Shown piece after piece: positions 1 to 12,628 of a stretch of DNA of 64,000 bases. The notes beneath the pieces were generated by a model. The model worked only from the letters and a program-made list of their open reading frames with translations, ran no database searches and was not told the DNA's origin. Source of the stretch: Lama glama (Eukaryota); the NCBI GenBank assembly GCA_028534125.1, contig CM052816.1, positions 99,512,001-99,576,000 on the forward strand. Direction: 5' to 3'. The first letter of the stretch is position 1, and each line of letters starts with the position of its first letter. The position numbers and the translations under genes are program-made.

Positions 1-859
1 CTCCATCAGAGTGCCCTAAGGAGGGACGCCGGGTGTTCTGTCTGGGGCAGCCTGCCTTTCCCTCTGCCCCGTCCATGAACGAGTCTTTCAACCCTTGATG
101 ACCTGCCCCCTTGACGCTTGTAGAAGGACGGGAGACTTGACCCAGCCTTGGACGCAGCAATTCCCCATCAGGCAGGCAAGAACGCTGGAGCCAGGAGAGA
201 GCACAGAACCACACAGGGTCCACTGAGGCCGCTGCTGGGACCGAGGGAGGACCCTGTTCCAGAGGCTCCCTTCCCAGGACAGTGGAGGAGCAGGTGGGGA
301 TTCCTTTCTGGCTACACCCAACAAGCCAATTTGTGGTGGAAAATGATGAGGTTAATACACTTGGTGAGAAACGAAGAAATCAGTGGGCAGAGGAGGGAAG
401 AAGCGTTCAGATCGGCACCACTGTTGCTTCTGAATCCACCGCCGAGTAAGCTTTCACGCCGGGATGTGAGCCGGTCCTTTTTATTTTTGTTTTCCTTTTG
501 CATTTCTTGGGCTGAAAGTCCGTGCACAGCTTACTCAACGTCTCTTAGCATGAGTTCCCACTTCTAGCATTTTTTGAGAGAATGGACTGCAGCAGCTCAA
601 GATTCTTTCCCAATTCTGTCATCTTGTTAAATACACCTTCAGAGGGGAAAAGAGTGAAAGAGAAAATGAGATTTAAAAGAAGTTTCTGGTCACCTATCTG
701 AATGTAGTAATAGACTGGGAAACGTGAGATTTAAGTATCGCAACCCCTGTAGGTGCACGGTCGGTATTTGCATTTATCATGTGCCTGGTCCCTCAGCAGG
801 GACTCCCACCCACAGCCTTCATCTCCATATTACTTCCGTCAGTGGCCATAGCCTATCTT

Positions 860-968
860 GGGAAATCGCTGTTTACGTGTGTGTCCAACTTTCCTTCTTG
901 GTAACATCTTCAAGGACGGGAATCGTGTCTTACTCGCTTTTCTATCACCGAGCACCTAGCCTTGAGCC
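860..968 (+). mobile_element. L2 LINE 3'-end remnant
   Basis: '...cttcaaggacgggaatcgtgtcttactcgcttttctatcaccgagcacctagc' resembles the L2 3' terminal motif (GAGGGCAGGGAC..TGTC...CCCAGCGCCTAG). Heavily diverged; boundaries approximate. Confidence 0.5.
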
Positions 969-3434
969 ATCTCGGTCCCATCCAGGAAGACTGCGCTCAC
1001 ATGTGCTCCCGGTGGGCACTTGGAAGTGAAGCAGGTGCCTCCTCTCCAGAAGGCTCCAGCGCCTCCCCCGACCCTGGGTCCAGTCCAACTGCAGGGCTGC
1101 TCTCAGTGTGAATGCTGTTGGATGAGAAGGCAGCTGCTCATCCAGGACCCTCGAAGCATCATCTGAAATTAGGACCTTCTCCCCTGAGTTATTCTTTCTT
1201 GCAAGGCAGCTCATGAATTGCTTTAATGGAGTGTGCAATTTCCTCCATGCCTCTATATGTGCTACCTTGGATATTGCAGGCTTATAATAATCACGGCTCA
1301 GCGATACTGAAGTTGCCGGCCAACTGCACAAAGAATTTCGAAGCTCACTTCAAACACAAGCCCTTGAATTCCTGCGAGTCTCTGTTTAAATGTCATCACA
1401 AGAATTATCTTCTAAGTTAGCCCTGTAATGATTTGCAAATAGAAGTGGCCGCCCTTAATTTTAATTTGTGTTTTAAATCAGACCCTATGTTATAATCAAT
1501 TATATCTTAAGGACTTATTTGCCAAAAGTATTTAGAGCCCAAGGGCTTTCTTGTCCTGAATATAAAGGATTTGACGTCTATAGTTCTTAATAAAGTGGGT
1601 AGCAATTATTAATATAGTAATACTTTATTAGTTGAACTGAAACCAGAGATATAAATGTTTCAAGGTTTGGACTTATAACATTAAAGCCAAATTAAAGTAA
1701 GTCCAAGAAAAAGTCTGTGAACTTAATTTAGTTGAATTCTACATTTTTTTTAAGGAGAGCCAGCAGTTATTGTTACTGCTGGTGGTTAAAAATAAAAGAG
1801 CAGCGCTTAAATTTGAATTTCTGGAATTATTAGTCTTTCATTAAGTCAAAATGCTGGAGCCAGCAGAACTTGTTTTGAGCACAACACGGAGCATTGTGCC
1901 AGTGTTAGTGTCCCCACAGGGCCGGGTCCCCTGTGCTGGGAGCCTGCCAAGCCCCGCTTCCCTGGTGGATGACGAGAAACCGTTAATTGTGAGATTTCAA
2001 ATTACAGTGAAAGGAAATGGCACGCTCACCCTCCCTTACGTGTCGGCAATTAGCAAACCATATAAATTTTAGCTGGAAGTCAAGGCTCTAAGTCTTTGAA
2101 AACACAAAACAGCTTTTGGCTGTGTAGTCACGGAGCCCAGAAAAAGTGACTTTGCAAAAGCCACGTCTTGGCTTCATTCAGCCCTGGTGACAATCGTCAG
2201 GGGACAAGACCCTCTTTGCCTTGACTACGAGCTTCACACGTGGGCCCTAGACTGACGCGCCTCAGACGAGAGCAGCAAGCATGGCTTAACATAAATAAAT
2301 AAACACACAAACCCGACACTCAATGTCTCCGCTTTTAAACATCCCTCCAAGAGGTGAATTAAACTTCTCTGGGGGGGACTAGTCCCACATATGTTATTTG
2401 AGGTAAACGGAAAATTACAGATTTTTCCGTCTAAAACGGGCTCTGTGGGGTTGTTTTTGGTGCTTGTGCAAAATCTCCACCGGGTTCCCTCCCCGGTCAG
2501 CACCTGCTTGAGGACCTCTTAAAGTCGCAGACACGTTGAAGGACAGGCCTGGAAAGGAGCAGGGGAGACCGCGCGCCTCCCCCAGCAGGTCCTCAGCCTT
2601 CGGGGGGTGCTTGTCCCGGGGTGGAGCTTATTCCGACGTGTGATGCGTGACCTTCCTCACCGGCGTGAGGTGTCCTCTCTGTTCAAACAGAAGTTTTGCC
2701 CCCGGGGTGAGCCTAGCCTCGCCCCTCAGGATGCCTCACTGAGCGGCCACCGCACCGCATTCAGCCTTTCGAAGGGCAACACAGTTGGAGCGACCAAAAC
2801 AAGGCTTTAATATATACAATTATTGTTAGTTTTTAAAATGGGTATAAACAGGCTTTTGATTTGTCAAATTAAAAAAAAATAGTTATAGCAATGAATTCAT
2901 TTTCACACTCAGAAAAAAATGCATCTTCTGAGTGTGCACATGTGCGGTGTGAGCGCAGGATTTAACGCGCTCCGGGTCAGCGTGGCGGGAAGCTGTCCAG
3001 GGGCAGCGGGTGCTGGGGGCTGCCTCCGCTCTCTGGTTTGGTGAAGGGAGGGGCGCTGATGCTGGCGGGATGAGCGCCCCAAGACCTATAAAAATGTCGG
3101 GAAGGGAGGCTTGCTGTCGGAGCCAGTGCTGTCAGCTGTAGGCTCAGTCCTCGTGTCGCTGAGAGCAGGGTGGGCCTGATGGGCTGGGGAACTCATCCCC
3201 AAGGTGGCTCACACTGGGGACAGCGAGATCACATGCTCTGGTGTCCCCACAAATGCCCCCAGAGGATGCTGGCTTGCAAAGGGTCTCCTAGATGAGCAGT
3301 TTCTGGGCCCCTGACCACCAAGGTCAACCCCCGGTCCTGACTCTTCCCGCCTTGGGCCTGGAAGAAGATGTGGGGGCCAGTGGGTCTGACCCACGGGGTG
3401 AAAAGTTAATATTTTTTCACACTAAGCTCAGGTA

Positions 3435-3510
3435 TCTGAGCTCTGCAGAAGTCCCTGCTCCCCAGCTCTCCTGTAAAATGGGGTTAATAATTCTGGCTCC
3501 ACCAAGAGTT
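3435..3510 (+). mobile_element. MIR SINE core fragment
   Basis: 'ccccagctctcctgtaaaatggggttaataat' matches the MIR core (CCTCAGTTTCCTCATCTGTAAAATGGGGATAATAAT). Confidence 0.55.
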
Positions 3511-4935
3511 TTCACGCATCCAGGCTGGGCCAGAGGCAGCAAGGGTGGGAGGTGGCTTCTTGCGCTCGGTGGGCCCGGGCAGAGCCCTCGGCCCCCGCCG
3601 CCAGTGGATCTGGCTTCTCAGTTCTCTGCGCCCCGAGCTGGTCTCCTGCTTCCCGCAGACTTTTTCTCTTGATTGACTCACTGACGTCTTCTCCTGGGAG
3701 GTGTTGTTTCAGTGTCGTGTTACTATTCTTTATCTCTTCCTGTTTTGCAAACACACTAAACTCCTTGGGAGAAGGTGCTGTGTGGATAGATCCTTGTTTA
3801 CGTGCCATCGTGATGACCCGCGGGCCGAGTGAACACACTGACAGTGTCGGCCCCTCTGCATCTCTAGCCGACCCGATGGTGAGCAGCATCTCCCAGGTCC
3901 CTGATCAATGCAAGGCTTCCCCAAACTGGCCGCTGAGGTCCAGGGACAGACGGGAGGGCGGGGACTCAGAAGCCCTCACTCTGAGTCAGTTTCTCTTTCT
4001 CAGCCCCGATGGCCCTCCTCTGCCCCTCTGTTCATGGGAATTCTCCCAAAGTGAATTCACCCTCATAGATTTGCTTCCTGTGGGTCCTCTCTGGGTCGCT
4101 GCTCGCCCTGCGGGCTATTATCCTGATGGGAAGGTCACAACAGAAGCGGATTCCTTCCAAAAGGAAACAGAAAAGCACAACTTTTGGAGGCTCCCAGAGG
4201 GACTTCCCTGAAGCCTCAGCGGAACCGGGGAGATGTGGCCGGTGGCTCACTGCCAACAAGACGCAACTTCTGTTTTGAAACCGAAAGTCTTCTCTCATGA
4301 AAATTTATGGTAGGTTTTCCAGCAGCGTAAATGAGCCCCCTCGCAAGCCCTTCCAGACAGACTCATAAACTAGAAGCTCATTCAAAAAAAAGCTCTCTGC
4401 TTTCATGAAAAATGATCCACCATTAAAACTGCTGGGATTCTCTGAAAGAGATGAAGGAAAGAGGTTAATAAATCTGGGGGAAGATCTTGTGTCAGAATAA
4501 GGAAGACAGCTGAACACATGGGCCAGGCCAGAGCCCGGGAAGGTAAGGGGGAGGGAGGGAGGGTCCCAGGTCCCAGACCCCAGGCCTGGCTCAGGGGAGA
4601 GGCAGCAGCCAACAGCCCCGGCATCCTTGCTCATCACGCCCCGTCAGGAGGAAAAAGCCCCTTTCTACTAAGCTGACATTAATATGGGCTTCAGGAGGAC
4701 TGTAAACTATTGTTTTAGGCTGACCCAAATCAATCCATATCTGTCTGTCCTCTTAATTAGAAGGAAACTGCCCTTTCCCCCTCAACAGTGATAAACGCAT
4801 GAGAGACACAAGACATTGTTGAAGGTCCCCGGGCAAGAGAAACGGCAAAAGCTCATCTCGTGTCGAACTCAGCACACGAGCTACGCGTATTCACACAGGA
4901 ATCCCAGGTAGTCATGGTGCTCCCAACCCTCTCCT

Positions 4936-4959
4936 CTGAGTCCCTGAGTCCCTGAGTCC
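4936..4959. repeat. Short tandem repeat (CTGAGTCC)x3
   Basis: Three exact 8-bp copies read directly. Confidence 0.9.
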
Positions 4960-6559
4960 TTTCTGGACTCTCTGGACCCACATCACTTTGTCAGATTTCC
5001 AAATATATCATTTACTTGGGGTTGCAACACAGCAAATAGCAATGCATCAAACAGCAGAACAAATGCAGATAAACAAGACGGTAAGATTTCAGCTCTGGGG
5101 ACGGATGAACCGGTCACGACACTCTAGAGACAATTGCGCCAGATCTCCCAGCAGTTGCACCTGCTTTAATTTAACTGAGGGGAATGGATTCTCCTTTGAA
5201 ATCTTGGACAGTCTTGAAGAAACCTGCTGCCGACGAGAAGTGGCTGTGAAGGGCAGTTGTGCCGCTCTCGTCGCTCGTGCCTGTGCTGCGTGCTGGCCAC
5301 CAGGTACGTGGGCTCTGAGGAGGGGATGCTGGCTGTTCAGGAACAGTTCACAAGTCTAGGTACACTTTGGTCTGTACCATGTTTATGTCATGTTTCAAAC
5401 CCACACTAGTTGGCATCCATGACAGCCACTGGCGTTTAACTCACTGCCTCACTTTCTTGGGTCCCCAGGAGCATCCTCCTTTGAGCAGCCCCTTGTGCAC
5501 ACAATTGTCCAGTAAATACTGAAGCCAAGAAATGTTCTGTGCAGTTGAGTATAAATACGGTATTTATATTTAATGGTGAAAGTGTTTGCTTTTGTTCTAG
5601 CTGTGTCCAGCTTATTCTGCTGGGATTACAAAAATATGATAAGGCAGACTCTTTCCCTCAGTACATCCCTGCCTGCACACCTCCAGCCCCTTGGTCCCCA
5701 GAGTGCTTTCTCCCTGCCTCACAGGACCAGGGCAGCTCATGTTCTTTGAGTCTTCCTTCTCTGGGGCTCCCTCGACTCTGCCTGTGCCCAGAGGTCTCAG
5801 GGCAAGGCTGCTGCACTTGGCATTGAGGTGGGTGGAGGGGGTGAGCAGCCCCAGCTCCTCCCAGGCCATCAGCAAGCACAGGCCAGGCACTTCCCTAATT
5901 CCACGGGACAGGTGGGCACCTAGCCCCAGGCTTTAGTAAGACTTTTTCATCAGAGTTGTTTCACTCAAAACTCAGAGGTGAGGACGTGGGTATCAGATTC
6001 TGATGAGAGATGTGGTTATAGAGGAGGATCCTCCCCACATGAACTGTGGCCAAGATGGGGCAACACGAGCCCAGCCTCATGGCTCCAAGACCAGTCATCA
6101 GCTTCCATTGGCTCCACAGAGGTTCCAAACAGCCTTGCAGGATAGTGTAGGACCAGAGGCTGAGAAAACCCATGAGAAAGCTCTGGTCCAGGGCCCAAGC
6201 TCTTTTGCTGGCTGCAAAGCCACAGAATTACCCTGAGCTCATCAAGAGACACCTCCTGGAGTAAAGGCATACATGTATCAGTAAGCTGCTAGCTTGATAT
6301 TTAGTGGAAGTGTGGGTTCCCTGTCTTTTCTTTCTCATTGCTGTTTTTTTTTAACCTTCCATTGTTTTGCAGAAGAGCCGAAATTAAAAAGGACTGGTAT
6401 TAGCAAGTAAGGGCCAGGGAGTGCTGCCCGACCTCCCGCGGAGCTGGTGAAGGCATGGGTTACAGCAGCCACCTTGGAAAGCCCTTGTGTCTCCCCTACT
6501 AAAGGAAACAGACCTCTGAAGATGCTGGAAACCGGTAATTTCACCCCAAGTGACGTAGC

Positions 6560-7081
6560 TCTGGTGGTTTTAAAACACCGTAACAAGTTTTTTTTGACAC
6601 ACCTCTTTTTAAGAGGTGGACATTGATTTCCAGCCCCTTGAGTGTGGAGTGGACTTAGGAACTCTCTTCCAATAAACAGACTACACCAGAAGTGATCGGG
6701 TGTTGTTTCCAAAGTTAAAAAGACTATGAGTTCCATCTTGGGTGTTTCTGCATCTGTCTGTCTCTGTCTCTCTCACTTTTCACCTCTGCCTGTCCCTCTG
6801 TGTCTCTCTCTGTGTAAGTCTCCAGCCAAGGGCCTGAGGCCTGTGAACAGCCATGATTGAGCTTGAAAGGGGATCCTCCCAGGGAGACCTTCACGTGGGG
6901 CTAGGGCCTCAGGCGGCTACTCAAGAGCTTTGCTGTGTTCTCCTGAGGGACCCTGAACTGGAGTCATCCAGTGAAGTCTATCCTAGGCTCCTGACACATC
7001 GAGACTGGGAAAACCAGGCTTCTTACTGTGAGTTGCAGACATTTGGGGTATTTTGTTACACAGTAATAGCTCACTAATACG
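6560..7081 (+). mobile_element. MaLR (MLT1E/F-like) solo LTR
   Basis: Begins 'tctggtggttttaaaa...gacacacctcttttaagaggtgga...ccccttgagtgtgga' and ends 'tttggggtattttgttacacagtaatagctcactaatac', matching recalled MLT1 5' and 3' termini. Confidence 0.8.
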
Positions 7082-7084
7082 ATC

Positions 7085-7540
7085 CCCTACAGAGATGTGT
7101 ATATATGTGCACCTCAAGACCTCAACAGCATCATTTGTAATGTCCCAAACCGCAGTGTTCACAAACAGTGGGATAAATAAATAGACAAATCGATTCATTC
7201 ATACAATTCCATATGCTGGTTACAATGAGCCAGTATATGTGTATGGCGACAGATGTTAAAGTGACTGGTGCTCATTTTGCAATATATACAAATACCGATT
7301 CATTGTGTTATGTACCTGAAGCTAATATATGTCAATCTCATCTCAATAAAAGGAATTTTGGTTTTGGAAAAAAAATGAAACAGTTTAGTGATGCCCAACA
7401 TCAAGAATGAATCTCAAAACATAAGACTGAGTAGGGGAAGTCAGATACAAAGGAATCTATACCTTGTATCTTATTTATGTGGATCTCCATGGTAAAAAAA
7501 AATCATCTGAGGTACTGGAAGGTGGGAAAGGGGTTAGCTA
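7085..7540 (+). mobile_element. Old L1M(E)-like 3' UTR fragment interrupted by a younger L1 3' tail (~7235-7375)
   Basis: 'cagcatcatttgtaatgtcccaaac' and 'gaatgaatctcaaaacataa..gagt..aagtcagatacaaagga' are typical of old L1M 3' UTR. The insert 'tcattttgcaatatatacaaataccgattcattgtgttatgtacctgaagctaatatatgtcaat...caataaaa' is a Laurasiatherian-type L1 terminus. Confidence 0.65.
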
Positions 7541-7603
7541 ACAACTCTAGACCTAAACTGTGTAATTTGTGAATAAGTAGGTTAGAGTTGATCTAATCTA
7601 AAG

Positions 7604-7809
7604 CAGGAGTCAGTAAGCTTTTTTGTGAAGGGCTTGAGTGCAATTATTTTGCAGTCTGTCACAACTGCTCAGCTCTGCCATCACCCAAGCACAAAGAAGC
7701 CTCAGGAAATACATAAGTGAATGGACCTGACTGTGTCTCAATAGAACTTTATTTACAAAACAAGCTGCAGACAGGACTTGGCCCAAGGGACAGAGTTTGC
7801 TAAACCCTG
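7604..7809 (+). mobile_element. MER58A-like hAT-Charlie MITE
   Basis: CAGG...CCCTG termini, internal 'caactgctcagctctgcc' and 'aatagaactttatttacaaaacaag'. Flanks atctaaag/ttctatgt resemble a degenerate NTCTAGAN-type 8-bp target. Confidence 0.85.
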
Positions 7810-10800
7810 TTCTATGTATAATCATTCTAAACACTGTGACTATTTTAATGTGCCATTTTATTACTTTGGGAATTTTAGACATACTCTCAAGTGAAAATAA
7901 GACAATATTCCAGCATCATCTTCATATTTAGTAGAATAAAATTAAAAAGAAGAGAAAGAGATTCAACTTCTCAAATACTCGTGAGAGTCTTCCAACTTAG
8001 GGTTCAGTTGGAGTAATGGGTCAGCCTAGCTTCCTGGCTTTGGGTCTCTAGGACCCCCTCCTGGTAACACTGACCAGGAAAGTCAGCTCATCCGGAAAGC
8101 ACACTTGGGCTGCAGCACAGTGGTGCTATTGCTGGAAGGAAGCAACAGATCCAACATTAGTTCCTCATTTCCACATCATCATAATAGAGGCACAATGAAA
8201 AAATAAATGCCTTCTTTCCACTTTGAATAAAATCAGCAATTTCTAAAACAGAGGTAACAGTACCTTGTAGTTTGGAACAACTACGTAAGATATGTATATA
8301 TATAACTGTTAAACATCCAAGGGCAAATCAAATGCATAAAACAAATTTAAAAAGCAAATTGTTCTGTATTTATTTCTTAGTGAAACAACAAGCAAAGTTA
8401 TCTGGAAAATGCACTGCTCGTAAGCACTCAGCACCTCTTCAGTCCCCTGTCTGGGGAAGGTGTGTGATGGCTAAGCTCACCTGGACAGACTGGCTGGGCT
8501 GGTGGTGGAAGAGCCGAGGGTCATGGAACTTGCATTCCACTGATGAAAACAGCAACCAATCTCACTTTTTCCACATTTCAAGAACATACATTTAATTCAG
8601 TGAAAACGTGCATGCTCCCTGGAGCCACAAAGCTACCCCTGCATCTGCACACCCAGGTACCAGCTCCCAAACAAAGTCTGCAGCACAAAATACTCCATCA
8701 AAACTAACCCCATAAATGCTCCCCAACAGCAGATGAAAGGAACAATGTGCTCCTTGTCACCAACACAGTGGAAGTGTGTTTTAGCTGAGGTCAAAAAGAA
8801 TGGATGCAAATGGATGCCTGAATGTTTGGCAGAAGGCATCCAAAGGCAGCTGTCATTGTCACACACTGTGATGGGGGGAGGTCACACAGGCACCATTAAG
8901 GTGATTAATATCTACCAAGACAAACAACCAACTCACAATTCAGGAATCCAAATGAGCACCTTAAAGGAAACTGAGTTTCCAATAATTTTACATCTTCTTC
9001 GCAATGTAACATTTTAAAATTCAAGATGTTTTAGGATCCATGTCCAAAGAAAATGGCTAAAATTTTAAAATAAATAAAGAAAATAAAGACTTGCCCGGCC
9101 TCAAGCAGTGAGCTAAAGGATTGAAGTGGCTTTGGTCACTGGTCGGCCAAATGTGGGTTTAACCATCCTTGAAGTCTCCAGGATGGTCTCTGTACTGGGT
9201 AGAACACCAGGATATAGGGTAACTTGTCATCAACTGACTTCAAAATTTGCAGCACAGTTAGGCCCCATACCAGGGAATTATCCTTGCATGGAAAACCATT
9301 AGGGAGGTCAAGCACCTAAAGACAGGAAAAACTGCCAGTTTCCTTAATTAAACAACAGAAAATCCACAGCCACAAAGCACTACATCTAATCTGTGGCTGT
9401 ACAAGACCCCAGCCCGAAACCAAACTTCTCTCTGTCTAGATCTCTCAGCTGGCTTTCGAGAGAAACTCTCTCTCTAGGCAAGTCGTTCAGTTAAGCGTGG
9501 GACATCGGCTGGTATGAAACATAGACACACCCTGGCACCTTCAACCTGTCCCCAGATCACAAGGTCAGGGAGGCAGGACGGACAGTGGAGTTAGGAAATT
9601 CAGCCTGAGCCTGTGGTGTGATAAATAACTTCCAGTGGCCAAAAGTGATTCAGAATTATGTTGACGATCAGACAGCAAGTGGGCTAGTATGCCAGCTGGA
9701 GTTTCAATGCCAAAGTGTCTGTATTCATATATAGACAGATGTCTGTGCAATCTTAAGCGATTCCTCACCACCCAGTGAGGACGTCAGAGGCGCTCTCCAT
9801 GAAGACCTGCCTGCGTCCCGCCCACGGCCCTTGGAGGGCAGGGCCACCCTATTTGCTGGGAAGGCAGTCATCCTATTGAGAGGAGCAGGGAAAGGACCTG
9901 GGAACATCACTGCTTCTCTGACTGTTACTTACACGGAGCAGCTCTACTGGGCTGGCTTCACACACCACACTAGGTGCATAGAGTGGGTGGAGGAGGCGCT
10001 CAACATTCAGCACGTCTGTGGAGTGTGTGTGCACGTCTGTCTGGGTGTGTGTGTGATGTACCTTTAAGGCATCTTAAAAGCCTTTCTTGTCTCATAATTG
10101 TAAACGCTCAACAAGCGGTAACTGAGATAGACGCGTATCTGAACAATGAAGGCAACCTAGTGGGTACATAAGTTTATGTAAGTCTCAATTCAGTGATCAG
10201 GGAAAAGGGAGAAACATGATACTTGCTTCACTTGTGGGCAGTGGGGGGCCTCATTCCCTTTTGACTGAAACAAAAAAAGAGGGTACCAGCACTCCTTACT
10301 AATTAGCCTGTTCTTCTGTCTTTTGGAGTAATATAAAAACAGGAGGGGCTGAGGTGAATCTGGAAAGAATCCCTTATGAAACCCTGTAAAGGGGGACGGA
10401 TGTTAATGCAATTCAGAGTACAGCATCCGCGTGGACCTCTGTGTCTGTGTTTCTTTGAATATTGCTCTGTCGAAAGTATTTAAAGTGTAATATTATTTAA
10501 CTGATGTTTGTTATCCTTTAAGCTCACTTTTGAAGAAAGGGAGGGTCAGATGGGAGGAAATTGTGTGACTGATGCTTCTTGGTTTTCAACACCTATCATC
10601 ATATTCACACAGTTGAAATCTTTGTAGCTCTCACACCAAACCTCCCTAACGGTGACACCTGAACTTCACCTGCCTAAACAGGTCCAGCCCTGACGCCCCC
10701 CCATCTCCCGCACAGCCTGCTTTCGAGGGGGCCTGGCTTAGCCTGCTCTGTCCCCACGGCTGCTCCGATTGGGACCCCAAGGTGGCAACAGTGCTTTTCA

Positions 10801-10979
10801 ACTCTAAGACCTACTTCCTGGCAGGGTCATGAGAGGTTCTCTGTAACTTTTGTTGGATTCATCTCTTAGGGGGTTCCTTAATGAATTAAGGAAATTACAT
10901 GTAGCCCTTAAAATCTCACTGTCAGACAACAGCCAGCACCAGGCACCCTGGCCCGGCACAGATGTAGGGGGTGGTGAAA

Positions 10980-11740
10980 GGGGGGTCAAGGGAGACAGAC
11001 GGAGAAAATGCCCGGAGGGAGTGTGAGCGGCCGGCGGCCACCGCAGCCCGGGGGGCGGGGCGCTCCTCCCGCCAACAGCCCCCCAGCGCCACCAGGCCCC
11101 GCGCTCCGCGGCTGGGCGTCGACTAGCCGGAGTGGGTGAGACCAAGGCAGCCGCGTGTGGTCGGACAGGCTCATGGGCAGAAAGGGGGAGACTCGTAAAG
11201 TAGTAAAATCAGATTAATTAATAAAGGAGAAAAGAGGGAAAAGTGGAAAAAACAATAGGAAGGGAAGGAGGGAAAAACAAAAATAAGAAAATGTAAGGGG
11301 GGGCTGAGAAAGGAGAAACGGCCCCTCTGAGCACCCTTCCAGCGAGGTCCTCGGGCCGCACTGGGGGCGCCCTGGGGGCGCGGGCAGATGCGGACGGCGG
11401 GGCGTCCTGTCAGGGATCCGCCCTTGTTTCCTGGAGAGTCTTCTCCCGGAAGCAGCGGCGTTCCTGTCCTCAGTCACCTCCCGCCGAGCTGCGACAGCGA
11501 TCACCTCTGCCGCAGCGAGCTGCTCGGTGTTTCTTGTTTCAAAAGGCAGAAATGAAATATTAGATTACAAGAAGTAGCAACAGGGCAACCTCGGCTGCGG
11601 TTGCCACTTGGCGGCCGCACCTGGCGGTGCTGGCTCCTCAGGGAGGCCCGGTCGGGCCTTGGAAGTGGCGCAGGTGTCCGCGGGGCCCCAGGGCAAAAGC
11701 TGTACGTGGGGGACCTGACCCGGCGGGTCTGAGAGGACCG
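10980..11740. promoter_or_regulatory. CpG-island-like region with no visible associated exon
   Basis: Dense CpG and GC boxes (ggggcggggc ~11053), GCGGCCGC at 11611, split by a purine-rich/AT core at 11180-11320. CpG o/e not computed. Confidence 0.6.
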
Positions 11741-12584
11741 TGTGGGCTTGGCACTTGCCCAAGGACTGGGCTCCTAGTACACGTGTAAACACGATGCTTT
11801 GGAGGACGTGGGGTAAAAACGCACTTTTGGCAAACCACCCGGTGCCACATGTCACACTTATTAAAGCCACTGAGGCATCATCACATGCCAGCCCTGAGCA
11901 TGTGAATCCCGTGATGCTGCCAGCCCAGGAGAGAGGCGGGCGGTTGTGTTTCAACATGGGAACAACATTAACCTGAACAGTAATGAACAAAGACACAACT
12001 TCTGCACCAAGATCATGCTTTTGTTTCTGAATTTATGTCTGTGGTCTGTGTTGGGGGGAGGGGGGAGTGTTTCACATGGGCATCTCTGGGCTGGTGCCCA
12101 GTGGGCTGTCTTCCCCACCCCATCTTTTGCTCCTTCTGGCCCCATGATCAGCCTTTGACCCTCGTCCCCCATCAGCTGCAAGTGCAGGACAAAGGGCACC
12201 CGATGAGCATCACGTCCATCTGAACAGAGGTCGGGCTTTATAGAAGCCTCGACACCTTTTCATCTTGGCACTTACTTAGGTAGCAAATGCACCATCAGCC
12301 CGTGGGGCCTGCGAGGAGGACGGTGCAGGAGGGCTCGCTGATGGGGTCTCAGCCCTGAAGGTCCCTGCCTGAGAGGGGCGAGCCGTCTCTTCAACAGTCA
12401 CTCGCGTGCTCTGCGACGTGTCACTTCACTGTCGAGGATATCGGGGACTCATAAATATTTACGTGTTGGTCGCTACCAGCTTGTTAAGACCAATGAACTT
12501 TCAAACTCAGCTTGGTTTATTGTCATATTTGCTGCTTTCATTTTCATAGTATAATGTTCTTCTTTAAAAAACCCACATTTTCCT

Positions 12585-12628
12585 TTCTCCCCTCCTCCTC
12601 TTCCTCCCCCTCCGCCTCCTCTTCTTTC
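12585..12628. repeat. CT/CCT-rich low-complexity tract
   Basis: 'ttctcccctcctcctcttcctccccctccgcctcctcttctttc'. Confidence 0.7.

Noticed and set aside
3552..4211. 219-aa ORF downstream of the TATA-like element
   Set aside because: Non-ATG (GTG) start, no recognisable homology, overlaps several other spurious ORFs.
5950..6325. Possible old ERVL/MaLR LTR
   Set aside because: Only a weak resemblance at the 3' end; cannot assign family or boundaries.
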